A stretch of 64,000 nt of DNA from a virus (taxonomy: Duplodnaviria > Caudoviricetes), in the IMG/VR virus record IMGVR_UViG_3300021399_000130, positions 26,592-90,591 of that record, one strand, 5' to 3'. Positions 19,284 to 28,936 of the stretch are shown here, piece by piece. Within the stretch, counting starts at the first letter, position 1, and each line of letters begins with the position of its first letter. The notes below the pieces were generated by a model, which was not told the DNA's origin, did no database searches, and was given only the letters and a program-made list of their open reading frames with translations. A program made the translations under genes and the position numbers.

Positions 19284-20057
19284 ATGGCACAGATAACAAC
19301 AATTGTACCCGTTCATAATTTTGACGATGATGTTAAAACTCTCCTTGAAACAGCGGTGAAGAGTTTCGACGAGACCAGCAAGAACGTAGAATCTAAGCTT
19401 ATGTTCGTTGGTCCGAAGGAAGTCCTTGACCAGGTAAAGGCTCTCAATCTTCACGAGGCTGAATATGTTGAGAATGAGAATGCTTGGTTCTCTGCACAGA
19501 TTAACGCTGCGGTAAAGAATGTGACGACCGATTATTTTGCAATCCTAGAATACGATGATGAATTCTCACCAATCTGGTTCGACAATGTGATAAAATATAT
19601 TAACACCGGTGATGATATTTCGATTTATCTTCCACTTACTGAGGTATTTGATTACCAGCATAAGGAAGAAGGCCCCATCGGTTATGTGAATGAGGCTGTG
19701 TGGGCAAGTTCATTCTCTGAGAAACTTGGCTACTTCGACAATGAATGTCTCCAGGACTATCTTATCTTCAACACAACCGGGGGCGTATTTAAAACAAAGG
19801 ATTTCATTGAGGTTGGCGGCTTGAAGGAGAGTATGAAACTTTCTTTCTGGTATGAGTTCCTTCTCCGTGCAATCAATAAGAAGAAGAACGTTTTCGTTAT
19901 CCCTAAGGTTGGTTACTTCCACCTTGTTAATAGGAATGGCTCTCTCGCTACAGACTACGCACAGAACATGAGCGACCGTGAAAGTGAATTCTGGGTGGAA
20001 CTCGCAAGGAAGGAATACCTTTATAAGACAGATAGAAAGAAGACCTACGAAGAATAA
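19284..20057 (+). CDS. Glycosyltransferase family 2 (GT-A fold)
   Basis: ITTIVPVHN start, YFAILEYDDEF DxD-like motif, W.E..LR C-terminal pattern. Confidence 0.75.
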   Translation: MAQITTIVPVHNFDDDVKTLLETAVKSFDETSKNVESKLMFVGPKEVLDQVKALNLHEAEYVENENAWFSAQINAAVKNVTTDYFAILEYDDEFSPIWFDNVIKYINTGDDISIYLPLTEVFDYQHKEEGPIGYVNEAVWASSFSEKLGYFDNECLQDYLIFNTTGGVFKTKDFIEVGGLKESMKLSFWYEFLLRAINKKKNVFVIPKVGYFHLVNRNGSLATDYAQNMSDRESEFWVELARKEYLYKTDRKKTYEE

Positions 20058-20157
20058 TGGCACAGATAGGGGGTCAGGAAAAGGCCCCCTCATCTTTATA
20101 TATGTGAGGAAAGTGCATTGTTATTTTGCAGGTTAAACAAGGAAAGAAGATGTAAAT

Positions 20158-21105
20158 GTGTCGCAAAAATTGACGATTTTTACGACGATGGCAAAAAGAG
20201 GAAGAAAGCCAAAGGAAAGAAAAGGCTATTTTTATGAAAAAGAGGAGCAGGCGATAGTTGATTATACCTCATCGACTGACCCGGAAGAAAAAAACAAGAT
20301 ATTCAACACAGTTTTAATGCCGGCCCTGACAAAGATGATAGAGTCAATCATAAGGAGATATAAATTATTTGTCCCGGAAGAAGAATTCCAACAAACTTTT
20401 AATGACACTATCTCTTATTTGCTGACAAAGATAAACAACTTCAAGCCAGAAATGTGGGTTTATGAAGAAATGACTGAAAACCCGCCAGAGCCACCGGTAG
20501 ATTTAACGAGGACCGGTTTTATCGAATTAAAAAAAACGATAAATGAAAATTCCCCGAAATACGTGCGTGTGTTTAAAGATTCCGTGGAAGATGCTTATTT
20601 AAATAACTATACGCCGCTATATACTTTCTACAAGCTCGTGTTCAGGCGATATAAGGCATATTCATACTGCGGTACTGTTTGTAAAAACTATTTGATTTAC
20701 AAGAACATACAATATACGAAGAACAAGCAGAGGAATCTTCCATATGATGAAATGCTTGAAGATTTTTCAAGGGACCCGAAATATATTTCACAAGAAGAGA
20801 CCGAACACTCAATGGTTGAACGTCTAATCAAAGGAATGTCGAGTGAAATCAAAACAATGATAACCGAAAAAGAAAAGAATTCACTTACTGAAAATGAAGT
20901 GAAAGTTGGCGTCGCTCTTACTGAACTTCTTGACCGTTGGGAAGACTTACTTAATGTCGATGGAAGTAATAAATTACAAAAAAGTTCAGTTCTTTATTTC
21001 TTAAGGGAAGAAACAATGATGTCGACAAAGGAAGTCCGAGATAATATGCGAGCCTTCAAAAAAGCATATTACATTTTGAAAAAAGGAATGTTAGAAGATG
21101 AATAG
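20158..21105 (+). CDS. Putative late-transcription sigma factor (T4 gp55-like)
   Basis: YF....EQAI..Y, KMIESIIRRYK, ISYLLTKINNFKP, KAYSYCGTVCKNYLI resembling sigma region 2 of gp55-like factors; start may be 20188. Confidence 0.6.
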   Translation: MSQKLTIFTTMAKRGRKPKERKGYFYEKEEQAIVDYTSSTDPEEKNKIFNTVLMPALTKMIESIIRRYKLFVPEEEFQQTFNDTISYLLTKINNFKPEMWVYEEMTENPPEPPVDLTRTGFIELKKTINENSPKYVRVFKDSVEDAYLNNYTPLYTFYKLVFRRYKAYSYCGTVCKNYLIYKNIQYTKNKQRNLPYDEMLEDFSRDPKYISQEETEHSMVERLIKGMSSEIKTMITEKEKNSLTENEVKVGVALTELLDRWEDLLNVDGSNKLQKSSVLYFLREETMMSTKEVRDNMRAFKKAYYILKKGMLEDE

Positions 21106-21148
21106 GTAAAAATAATGACACAACTATTTATGACAAGCGTTTAATATT

Positions 21149-21541
21149 ATGGAGAAAAAAGTAAAAATAAGGCTTAATTCCACTGAAAAGGTTGAAGAAC
21201 TTTTACAGGAAATATATGACCAAGCATGCAGACAATTGATAGGTGTTCAAAACGAAATCAACAAGCTTGTCACAAGTACAAATCTGGCTGAAGCTTCAAT
21301 TGATTCAAAGGCAAAATATGCAAAGGCTATGCATGATTACCATGGAGATTTGAACAGAGCTTTATCTACAAAGGTTGAGCTTGTTAAATTCATGGGTGAA
21401 ATAATTAAACATAACGGAGATATTGAAGACACATTGAACGACCAGCAATTTGCAAAGGCAACGAAACTTGACCTCAATCAGTTACGTGCCGAAATAATCG
21501 GAGGCGATGATGACACCGACTCCTATGACCTTAAAAACTAA
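21149..21541 (+). CDS. Hypothetical late protein
   Basis: 130 aa; late motif ACTATTTAT at 21123. Confidence 0.75.
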   Translation: MEKKVKIRLNSTEKVEELLQEIYDQACRQLIGVQNEINKLVTSTNLAEASIDSKAKYAKAMHDYHGDLNRALSTKVELVKFMGEIIKHNGDIEDTLNDQQFAKATKLDLNQLRAEIIGGDDDTDSYDLKN

Positions 21542-21543
21542 AA

Positions 21544-23643
21544 ATGTCCGGAAATAAAGCATCATCAAACCAACTATTAGGTAAAATTTCTGCGTACAGC
21601 ACGATTGTACAGCAAAATCTCGGAAAATACCTAAATAAGTTTTCGCCATATGCCAAGGAATACGAATCGACGCTTGATTTAATCATTGATATCCTTCGTA
21701 CTCTTGGATATAGCGAGGAACGGCTTGTTGCTGAATTGCTTGAAGTTGTCACTGGAGATGCTAATATAGCAGCTGTAATAGAAGGTGGATATCATGGTGC
21801 AATAAATTCTATCGAAGCAAGCTTGTCCTTGATTGAATCACAACAAAACAACGACAGCTTCATCTATAAGCTTGAAGATGCTGTAAAAGTTACGATAAAT
21901 ACTATTCTGACAAGCTTTTTAAGTTGTTCCATTTCACCGTTTATTCCGCAAGCCAGCCTGGATACTTATTACAAAGAACATGGCGTATCAGGTTCAAAAC
22001 CAATCAATATTCCTACACATATATTGGACTTCAGTAATACACTACATGTGTCCCCAGTAAGCGAAAGTGGAAAATACTTTTATGATACTTCATCTTTTAT
22101 AAACTACTATAAAAGAGATAGCGGCACTACCGTGCAAGAAGATACAACGGTAGCCAACATAAGAGAGAAAACCGCTGAAAAATATACCATATACCAATAT
22201 CAAAAACTCTCGGACAACGAATTTGAATCGCTTAGCGACGAACAAAAAAAACTATTTAAAAAATTCGTAAGTGTGTCATCCATCAAAGTAAAGCAAGATG
22301 AAACACCACCGGCAGAATATGTCTATACCGTTCGTTCTAAATATACAGCTGAAAGCCTTTATAAAACTAACGACATGAATGCCTTTATTTGGTATGTTGC
22401 AAATCGTGGAGACAACACAGAAAGTGGTGAAGACATGTATGAATACAATAAGATGGTCTGGGACTCAAGAAGATTAAATCTGAGGGACAGTGATACCGCA
22501 AGGAATTCAGCAGAAGACTGGGACAACTGGCTTAAATCAAGAAAAGAATATACTGAAGACCTTTATCTCGAAAAGGATAGTAAAAAAATTGAAACACTCT
22601 ACCCAATCCTTCAAATGGAACCTAGTGAAAGTTGGGGAGACATCGAGCACCTTGTGGTTACATTTCCGGCACAGCGATATGTAACAAAGAAAAAGCTTTT
22701 AGGGAGACAATATGACTTAACCAAAACAATATACAAATTCAATGCTGATTATCTTCAGAACATTAAAATTTTTAATTGGAAGTCAATCATAATGAATTTG
22801 CTCTATGAGCTTAATGGAATATCACCTATCCCGGATGTTAAATTTAATCTTTCGTTGAGTGATGAAATAATTGATGCAAGACTTTCTACATTGATTTTGG
22901 ATACGATTACTGCTGACGATAAGGAAGTTGATGACAGTTACTACTTCTTTTCAAATGAGGATTATTCTGAAGCACTTAAGAAGATGGAGTTACAAAAGTA
23001 CGGAGCAAAACCATACCAAACAGTATCCTCAGCAGCAATACAAAATCCGTCAGGCACTCCACTTGAAACAATGGATTCCGTAGCAACAGCCGCCACACTT
23101 AATGAAATAAAATCAACCATAACGAGAGGCGTCTATTCTGTTGCCGGAACATCAGGAAGTACCGGGGTAACAAAAACCACACTATCAGCAGACTTGGCTA
23201 TTGAATCAAATTTCCTTAATCAATTATTGTTTGCAATAGTTAGGCCATTCGTAAGGGCACTTCTTTCCCCTCAGATAATGCTCCTATTCTGTATAAATCT
23301 CGATGTAATGGGGCTGATAGACATGAATAATCTCGGAAAACGTGATATGGATGCGGTTTCAGATTTCATATTCAGAAAATTAGCCGGCATCATTAAAAAA
23401 CTCATAATACAGATAAAAGATGCAATAGTTCTTTATCTGATTGAAATTGTAAAGAAGGCAATCACTAAATTAGTTGATGAGATTGTTATTTTAATGCTTC
23501 TTGAACAACTGAACGACTATATCAGATTACTGAACCAAATTATGGAATGTATAAGGTTGTTCGGAATCGGTAAGACGCTCAACGGCATAGACGACGTTAA
23601 TTATGCTGATATAATACCCGAAGCAAAGGGACCAAAACCTTAA
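21544..23643 (+). CDS. Large hypothetical protein, probably virion structural
   Basis: 699-aa ORF in the late operon leading to the baseplate spike-like gene. Confidence 0.7.
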   Translation: MSGNKASSNQLLGKISAYSTIVQQNLGKYLNKFSPYAKEYESTLDLIIDILRTLGYSEERLVAELLEVVTGDANIAAVIEGGYHGAINSIEASLSLIESQQNNDSFIYKLEDAVKVTINTILTSFLSCSISPFIPQASLDTYYKEHGVSGSKPINIPTHILDFSNTLHVSPVSESGKYFYDTSSFINYYKRDSGTTVQEDTTVANIREKTAEKYTIYQYQKLSDNEFESLSDEQKKLFKKFVSVSSIKVKQDETPPAEYVYTVRSKYTAESLYKTNDMNAFIWYVANRGDNTESGEDMYEYNKMVWDSRRLNLRDSDTARNSAEDWDNWLKSRKEYTEDLYLEKDSKKIETLYPILQMEPSESWGDIEHLVVTFPAQRYVTKKKLLGRQYDLTKTIYKFNADYLQNIKIFNWKSIIMNLLYELNGISPIPDVKFNLSLSDEIIDARLSTLILDTITADDKEVDDSYYFFSNEDYSEALKKMELQKYGAKPYQTVSSAAIQNPSGTPLETMDSVATAATLNEIKSTITRGVYSVAGTSGSTGVTKTTLSADLAIESNFLNQLLFAIVRPFVRALLSPQIMLLFCINLDVMGLIDMNNLGKRDMDAVSDFIFRKLAGIIKKLIIQIKDAIVLYLIEIVKKAITKLVDEIVILMLLEQLNDYIRLLNQIMECIRLFGIGKTLNGIDDVNYADIIPEAKGPKP

Positions 23644-23646
23644 ACC

Positions 23647-24060
23647 ATGGCACTTGAAAACAAGAAACAAACAATAAGAACCGTTATTGACACTACCAAT
23701 TCGGCACTTGACGTAATTAGAAAACCAGTCCTCAAGCTGGCGGCGATTTTGATTTATGCGACAGCAACAAGACGCCCAGGTCTGTCTAAAATAACAATTA
23801 CATCCAATATTATTTCAGACAATGCACCGCTAGGTATAAATACTGGGCAGATGCCGGACGGAACTGAAAATGTTGTCAATCAATTTGTTGCAAACGTTGT
23901 CGAAAAAGTTGTCGATTCTTTAAAGGATGATGCACTTGTCGAGTGTGTTATCCCTATTGGTTCTGTAATAGTGAATGCTACTGGAGCAAACGCTGGTGGT
24001 CCGATTGAAGCTGTTGGAACAAATATTAATAACGCAAAAGGATACGGAATAATCAGGTAA
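23647..24060 (+). CDS. Hypothetical structural protein (paralog A)
   Basis: RRPGLS...IP.G...G.NAGGP motif shared with the next gene. Confidence 0.7.
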   Translation: MALENKKQTIRTVIDTTNSALDVIRKPVLKLAAILIYATATRRPGLSKITITSNIISDNAPLGINTGQMPDGTENVVNQFVANVVEKVVDSLKDDALVECVIPIGSVIVNATGANAGGPIEAVGTNINNAKGYGIIR

Positions 24061-24431
24061 TGAACATAGCATCTTTAATAAGTATAGTTTCCGGGACTTT
24101 AGATAAAGTAAGGATTACATTAACCCAGATACCAGCCATTTTACTTTTATGTACTAGTTCAAGGAGACCAGGACTTTCAAGTGTGATAATGTCAGCTAAA
24201 ATATATGCCGACATGACTTACGCACAAAACGAATATAACGATGTTGTCGAAGCTTTTGTTTTTAATCTAGTGAATAGGATTAAATTGGCAATACAGGATG
24301 ATGGAGTTTGTTTTGTAGCCATCCCGCCAGGAGAATTAAAATTTCAACTGACCGGAGGTAATGCGGGAGGCCCATTTGTACTTGACGGAAAAAACATGAA
24401 TTATGTATTTACCTGGACTTTAATGAGATAA
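24060..24431 (+). CDS. Hypothetical structural protein (paralog B)
   Basis: Same motifs as 23647..24060; TAATG stop/start overlap. Confidence 0.7.
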   Translation: MNIASLISIVSGTLDKVRITLTQIPAILLLCTSSRRPGLSSVIMSAKIYADMTYAQNEYNDVVEAFVFNLVNRIKLAIQDDGVCFVAIPPGELKFQLTGGNAGGPFVLDGKNMNYVFTWTLMR

Positions 24432-24433
24432 AT

Positions 24434-24628
24434 TTGATTTTTACTATGATACCCAAAGATTGTAAAAATATGAGTAATAATGAGCTTAAATTATATAAGC
24501 TCGCACTTGAAAATGAGTACGAGGCAATAAAATCGAAAATTGCCTCTCTAGAAGAACAACTCGATGAATTGGACCGTGAATATATCAAAGCGGAAAATGA
24601 GGAAAAAATAAGAAGGACAAGTTTTTAA
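24434..24628 (+). CDS. Small coiled-coil hypothetical protein
   Basis: 64-aa ORF with heptad pattern in a tightly packed operon. Confidence 0.55.
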   Translation: MIFTMIPKDCKNMSNNELKLYKLALENEYEAIKSKIASLEEQLDELDREYIKAENEEKIRRTSF

Positions 24629-24631
24629 ATA

Positions 24632-25522
24632 ATGGCAGACGGTGCGGTATTACGTTTCGGAAAAGTCACGAACATAGACGATGTACATGATGGGGGAAGA
24701 ATACAGGTTCGTACAAATTATGATGCCCCGGTTGAGAAAGATGAGGATTTATTATATTGTACTCCACTACTTCCAAAGATGCTCCTTATATGCCCAAAAG
24801 TCGGGGAACTCGTAGTAGTCGTATCCATGAGTCCAGGAGACCACGGATATAATAATTTTTATATTGGTCCGGTTATCTCTCAGGAAGATAAGCTCTTTTA
24901 TGAAGATGCCGACGCGGCTTTACGAATCACAGAACAAGGTTATATTGGATGGGGACCGAACCCTCGTTACAAAAAAGGTGTTAAACCGACACTTTATCCA
25001 GCACTTGATGACGTCTCGATTGAAGGCAGAAAAGATACCGGAATACAACTTAAGAATGAGGAGGTGCGTATAAAAGCCGGCGTTAAAGTTGTAGATATCA
25101 ACGGTCCAAAAAATAATACGACGTCACCGGCATTCATTTCACTTAAATATTATCCTAAAAACGACTATGAGCAAGATGGCTTTAAAAGTACTGCTACTAT
25201 TGTTGCCGATAAAATTAATCTCATCGGCACAAACACGAACGACGCCAATACGAAGGATATATCGGTAACCGAAAGCAAGGATAATTCTGAGGACCAAAAA
25301 GATAATTTCATTTCCGATGCAGCAATGAAGGAACTCATCAACAAAGCACATAGAGTTCCATTCGGTGACACTCTCATAGAATTCCTGGATATACTAAGGA
25401 CGGCATTCGCCAAGCATGTTCATCCGTTTCCGACAATGGCGCCATGTAATGATGAAAATATGAAAGCCGTTGCAACCTATGACCTAGAAGGAACACTAAG
25501 TGACAATGTAAGAATAAACTAA
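24632..25522 (+). CDS. Baseplate hub/spike protein (gp5/gpV-like)
   Basis: N-terminal OB-type FGKV..IDD...GRIQVR...PLLP......PKVGE.V.V; C-terminal HVHP metal-binding spike tip motif. Confidence 0.7.
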   Translation: MADGAVLRFGKVTNIDDVHDGGRIQVRTNYDAPVEKDEDLLYCTPLLPKMLLICPKVGELVVVVSMSPGDHGYNNFYIGPVISQEDKLFYEDADAALRITEQGYIGWGPNPRYKKGVKPTLYPALDDVSIEGRKDTGIQLKNEEVRIKAGVKVVDINGPKNNTTSPAFISLKYYPKNDYEQDGFKSTATIVADKINLIGTNTNDANTKDISVTESKDNSEDQKDNFISDAAMKELINKAHRVPFGDTLIEFLDILRTAFAKHVHPFPTMAPCNDENMKAVATYDLEGTLSDNVRIN

Positions 25523-25526
25523 CAAT

Positions 25527-25556
25527 AAATCCTCCCTTTAAAGGAGGATTTTTTTA
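25527..25556. terminator. Bidirectional terminator
   Basis: AAATCCTCC / GGAGGATTT stem followed by a T tract between convergent genes. Confidence 0.75.
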
Positions 25557-27092
25557 TTGGTACCTGTTTGTTACGTTGCTAACTACACGGAATCTGAGAA
25601 CTTTTTTATAATATCTTGTCTCTCGCCCCCTCATAGTCCTTATATCAACATAATAGTCGTTTGGAATAAGGTCTTCTGTGTTGATAATGAAGAAGTTATT
25701 TAGAAATGCCCTTTCAACTGGCTGATATTCAAACACATCAAGTTCCCTGTTAGCATCCTTAACATAAAGTCTCCATTCCGCATTATCCAGGAGTTCCTTC
25801 CTATTCGTGGTGTATTCCTTCCTGAAATCAACGACAACTTCACGGATTTCACCCCTTTCAAGGTTTTCAGCGTCGTTTATGCCACTCACCTGGGGAACAG
25901 TCCTATCGGGACCGGCGGATTTACTTCCAATCGACAAGAAGTTTTCCCTGGGACTTACAACGAATTCCTGTTCAACATCAGCGATAGGCTGTCCGTCAAG
26001 TGAAAGATTTGACCACACATCATAATGGATTGTTTCAACTTCGAATTCATTGGGGTCGGGGGTCACTTCAACATAATAAAATCCCTTGCCGCCCTTTTTA
26101 ACATCGTATTCAGTCCCGTCAATGGTACATTTAACCCCCTCGTCAAGCGAAACCGGAGTACCTTCAATACCAGAATATAGATAAAGTCTGTTTTTCCTTC
26201 CGAGACAGAAATTCGCCCTGTCGTCAGCTATCGGGTCACAGTATTTACATTCTACAAACGGGTGGAAAAACGTATTTGTAAGGTCAGTGAAAAAAGACAC
26301 ATATTGCTGTGTATTCATCTTTACTCTTTCGAGATGAGGTGCATATGCCAACATCAGTCCATAATTATTGCCACTTTCAAGACAATCAAGCACGTATTTT
26401 GTAACATCTATTTCGAGATTTTCAGCCCCGAAATCAAAGTGTTGCGTACCGATGACGATGCTTTCTTCACCATCAAGGTACTTTTGATACTCTTCAGTCA
26501 ATTCTTCGTGGCTATAAACACCACCTTCAATGTCAATCCTTACACGCACTTCTGTATCGCCGGACATTACATACTGATAAAAGTAAGACGGGTGATTGTT
26601 GTCGATTTCTATTCTTCCGTTTTCATCCGGAATCATTTTGTCATTATCAACTTTCCAGCACCTGGCCCTCTGTGCGTAATACCAGTTCGATGCCATATCC
26701 TTGTATGCACGGCTATGATTACCATTAACCCAGAAATCTGAAGCGTAATCAAAGCCCTTTCCCGCATCAAAATCCTGCGGAAGTTTATATAAAACAAGGT
26801 CAAAAGATTCAGCCCTTTCAACCGGCTCAGATGCTCTATGGTGGATTTCCTTGTCATACGGAAGCCCATCGACAGAGGCACAATTGGTCATTTTGAGGGT
26901 GCAGGAAAGTTTTGACGTATCGCTGAACGTACCATCAGCAATAAGTCCCCCTATTTCATTAACATCGAAATGTATGAGACCCCTGGATAGTTCTTTCCCA
27001 TAATTTATCTCAAGAATTGGATTAAGTCCGGTATTCCATAATGAACCCCTGGTAATCGTATTTGTTTTATCTAAAAATATATGTCTGACCAT
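25554..27092 (-). CDS. Hypothetical virion structural protein
   Basis: 512 aa, beta-rich; late motif at 27113. Confidence 0.7.
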   Translation of the reverse strand: MVRHIFLDKTNTITRGSLWNTGLNPILEINYGKELSRGLIHFDVNEIGGLIADGTFSDTSKLSCTLKMTNCASVDGLPYDKEIHHRASEPVERAESFDLVLYKLPQDFDAGKGFDYASDFWVNGNHSRAYKDMASNWYYAQRARCWKVDNDKMIPDENGRIEIDNNHPSYFYQYVMSGDTEVRVRIDIEGGVYSHEELTEEYQKYLDGEESIVIGTQHFDFGAENLEIDVTKYVLDCLESGNNYGLMLAYAPHLERVKMNTQQYVSFFTDLTNTFFHPFVECKYCDPIADDRANFCLGRKNRLYLYSGIEGTPVSLDEGVKCTIDGTEYDVKKGGKGFYYVEVTPDPNEFEVETIHYDVWSNLSLDGQPIADVEQEFVVSPRENFLSIGSKSAGPDRTVPQVSGINDAENLERGEIREVVVDFRKEYTTNRKELLDNAEWRLYVKDANRELDVFEYQPVERAFLNNFFIINTEDLIPNDYYVDIRTMRGRETRYYKKVLRFRVVSNVTNRYQ

Positions 27093-27186
27093 CTTATAAA
27101 CGTTCTACTACCATAAATAGTTTGACGCCAGTAAATATATTTTTTTCTTTTTCCTTTCGTTTTACATAGATTTAGCTATTTATATA

Positions 27187-27275
27187 GTGAGAGCGGCGAT
27201 TGCCCAAATCACGTAATGCGTGGTCATAAGGTTAGCCGCAGGGGGACCTAGGCGCATATGGCCCCCTTTCTCTGC
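27187..27275 (+). ncRNA. Candidate structured ncRNA (three-way junction)
   Basis: GC-rich island in AT-rich intergenic DNA directly after CTATTTATA (27176). Stems GAGA/TCTC, GCGGC/GCCGC, ATCACG/CGTGGT, AGGGGG/CCCCCT; no ORF. Confidence 0.5.
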
Positions 27276-27323
27276 GTCTATTGACTTCCGGACAAAATAC
27301 CTTATATTTAGTTGTAGATTTTA

Positions 27324-27776
27324 TTGTTTATGACTAAAAATATCTGTAGTGAAGTATCATTGGAAAATCCATATTTCAAATTAAAAATCGGTACGATAAA
27401 TAAAAAAAATCCCACGACGTTCTATGTCGAGGGTGGGACATTCATCACTCCAGTAGAAGCAGAGGATGACGATATTTCATATAAAGAGAAAATGGCCAAC
27501 GTTTATAAGGCAATGAGCCAGGGTATAATAAGGATTACAAACGAGGCTAAGAATATACAAAAAACATTCATAGCCAATATTGACGTGGCGGACGAGCGTA
27601 TGAAAACCGGTAAGAAAACATATTTCACTTTCCAATATTATCTCCACCAAAACGGGGAGCCGGCACCATTTTCAAAAATAACGGAAGACGGCGAGAAATA
27701 CACAAAGATTGTTCTTGACAAGATTGAATATAGTCTCAAAGAAAACGGATTTGCAATAAGTAAAACAAAAAAATAG
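27324..27776 (+). CDS. Hypothetical protein
   Basis: 150-aa ORF downstream of a TTGACT promoter-like sequence at 27281. Confidence 0.7.
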   Translation: MFMTKNICSEVSLENPYFKLKIGTINKKNPTTFYVEGGTFITPVEAEDDDISYKEKMANVYKAMSQGIIRITNEAKNIQKTFIANIDVADERMKTGKKTYFTFQYYLHQNGEPAPFSKITEDGEKYTKIVLDKIEYSLKENGFAISKTKK

Positions 27777-27816
27777 AAATTCTGTAGATATTTATTGCAA
27801 TAATAAACAAAACATT

Positions 27817-28398
27817 ATGGACCTGATAAACTTAACTGCTTCCGAACTTTGTGAGGTTATAGAAAGTTCGGTGAAAAATATTTTGTCTGAGGTTGCATAT
27901 AAAAAAAGAAAATATCAGACAACGCTCGTTATGTATAGTTGGTACGGCGGATACATACACGAAAATATGAGGAATAATGACGGTATGGATAACCTTATAA
28001 GGCAATATAACAACATAAAAAAGAGATACGAAAAAAACGGGTGCAAGATATTCAAGATATCGTTTCACGGACATAAATTTCTTACAATTGTAGATACCGA
28101 CAAAAGGATAATATCTTTTGTGACGATACTTCAAAACGAAGAAAGCAAAGATTTGGTAATAAGACGAGAAGATATTCCAGAACTGTCGGAACTTTTGATT
28201 TACTATAAAATCAACCCACACCTTTTTGGTCTGAGAAAACCGAAACAAGAACATACTCCAGTCAAGGTTGGAAATCCGTTAACTCCTGAAGAAACTAAAG
28301 AGTTTAGGCACGGGCAAATGTTTACAAACTGGGACATGATGGACCGCACGCCTAAAAAATGGAGAAAAGTCAGGGACAACTGGGAATATACCGGATAA
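27817..28398 (+). CDS. Putative internal head protein with N-terminal tag
   Basis: MDLINLTASELCEVIESSVKNILSE leader; ATATTTAT motif at 27788. Confidence 0.65.
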   Translation: MDLINLTASELCEVIESSVKNILSEVAYKKRKYQTTLVMYSWYGGYIHENMRNNDGMDNLIRQYNNIKKRYEKNGCKIFKISFHGHKFLTIVDTDKRIISFVTILQNEESKDLVIRREDIPELSELLIYYKINPHLFGLRKPKQEHTPVKVGNPLTPEETKEFRHGQMFTNWDMMDRTPKKWRKVRDNWEYTG

Positions 28399-28512
28399 TA
28401 TAGACTTTTTCACGGAAATGTTATTCGGTCTTTTTTTATAAGTCGTCTATTTATCTATGAATAATAAGTAACGTATTATTACAATAATTTTTTATAGAAA
28501 AACGAAGAAGTT

Positions 28513-28902
28513 ATGCAGGAATTTTTTATCAGAGTTGGTTCAAATTACCCGGCTTTAAGAATGGAGCTCATTGAAGATGGGCGTTATGATTTTCATAAGA
28601 CCAAGATAAATAATGCCCTGCAAGACTCAGATGTTGTCTTTTCAATGAAGGATATTGAGACCGGGATTTTAAAGGTCTCAAAGGCGAAAGCGGTCATTAA
28701 AAATGCCGACACAGAAGGATGTGAAGACAAGTATGTTGTGGAATATGACTGGCAACCAAGAGACACGGCCAAACCTGGTATTTACGAGGGGTGGTTTGAC
28801 ATTGTTTTCAAAGGTGATGTGGTTGAAGACGGAGTTGATTATCCATCGGCCGGAAAATTGAGGGTCCCGGTTACAGAAGACCTGCTCATTTACGTAAGAT
28901 AA
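28513..28902 (+). CDS. Baseplate upper protein-like (BppU N-terminal-like) domain protein
   Basis: F.I..G...P.L..EL...V.F.M......G.V.Y.W...DT...G.Y.G.F.I pattern. Confidence 0.5.
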   Translation: MQEFFIRVGSNYPALRMELIEDGRYDFHKTKINNALQDSDVVFSMKDIETGILKVSKAKAVIKNADTEGCEDKYVVEYDWQPRDTAKPGIYEGWFDIVFKGDVVEDGVDYPSAGKLRVPVTEDLLIYVR

Positions 28903-28905
28903 CAT

Positions 28906-28936
28906 AAAACCCAGACCTTATGGCCTGGGTTAATTT
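28906..28936. terminator. Bidirectional terminator
   Basis: AACCCAG / CTGGGTT stem between convergent genes. Confidence 0.65.

Noticed and set aside
20064-20096. AGGGGG...GGCCCCCT hairpin resembling the 3' stem of the 27.2-kb RNA
   Set aside because: Similarity is limited to G/C runs, and its position right after the GT2 stop is adequately explained as a terminator-like hairpin.
27187-27275. Assignment of the 27.2-kb RNA to hammerhead, twister, pistol or HDV-like ribozymes
   Set aside because: The conserved catalytic nucleotides of those classes (e.g. CUGAUGA/GAAA) are not present; left unassigned.
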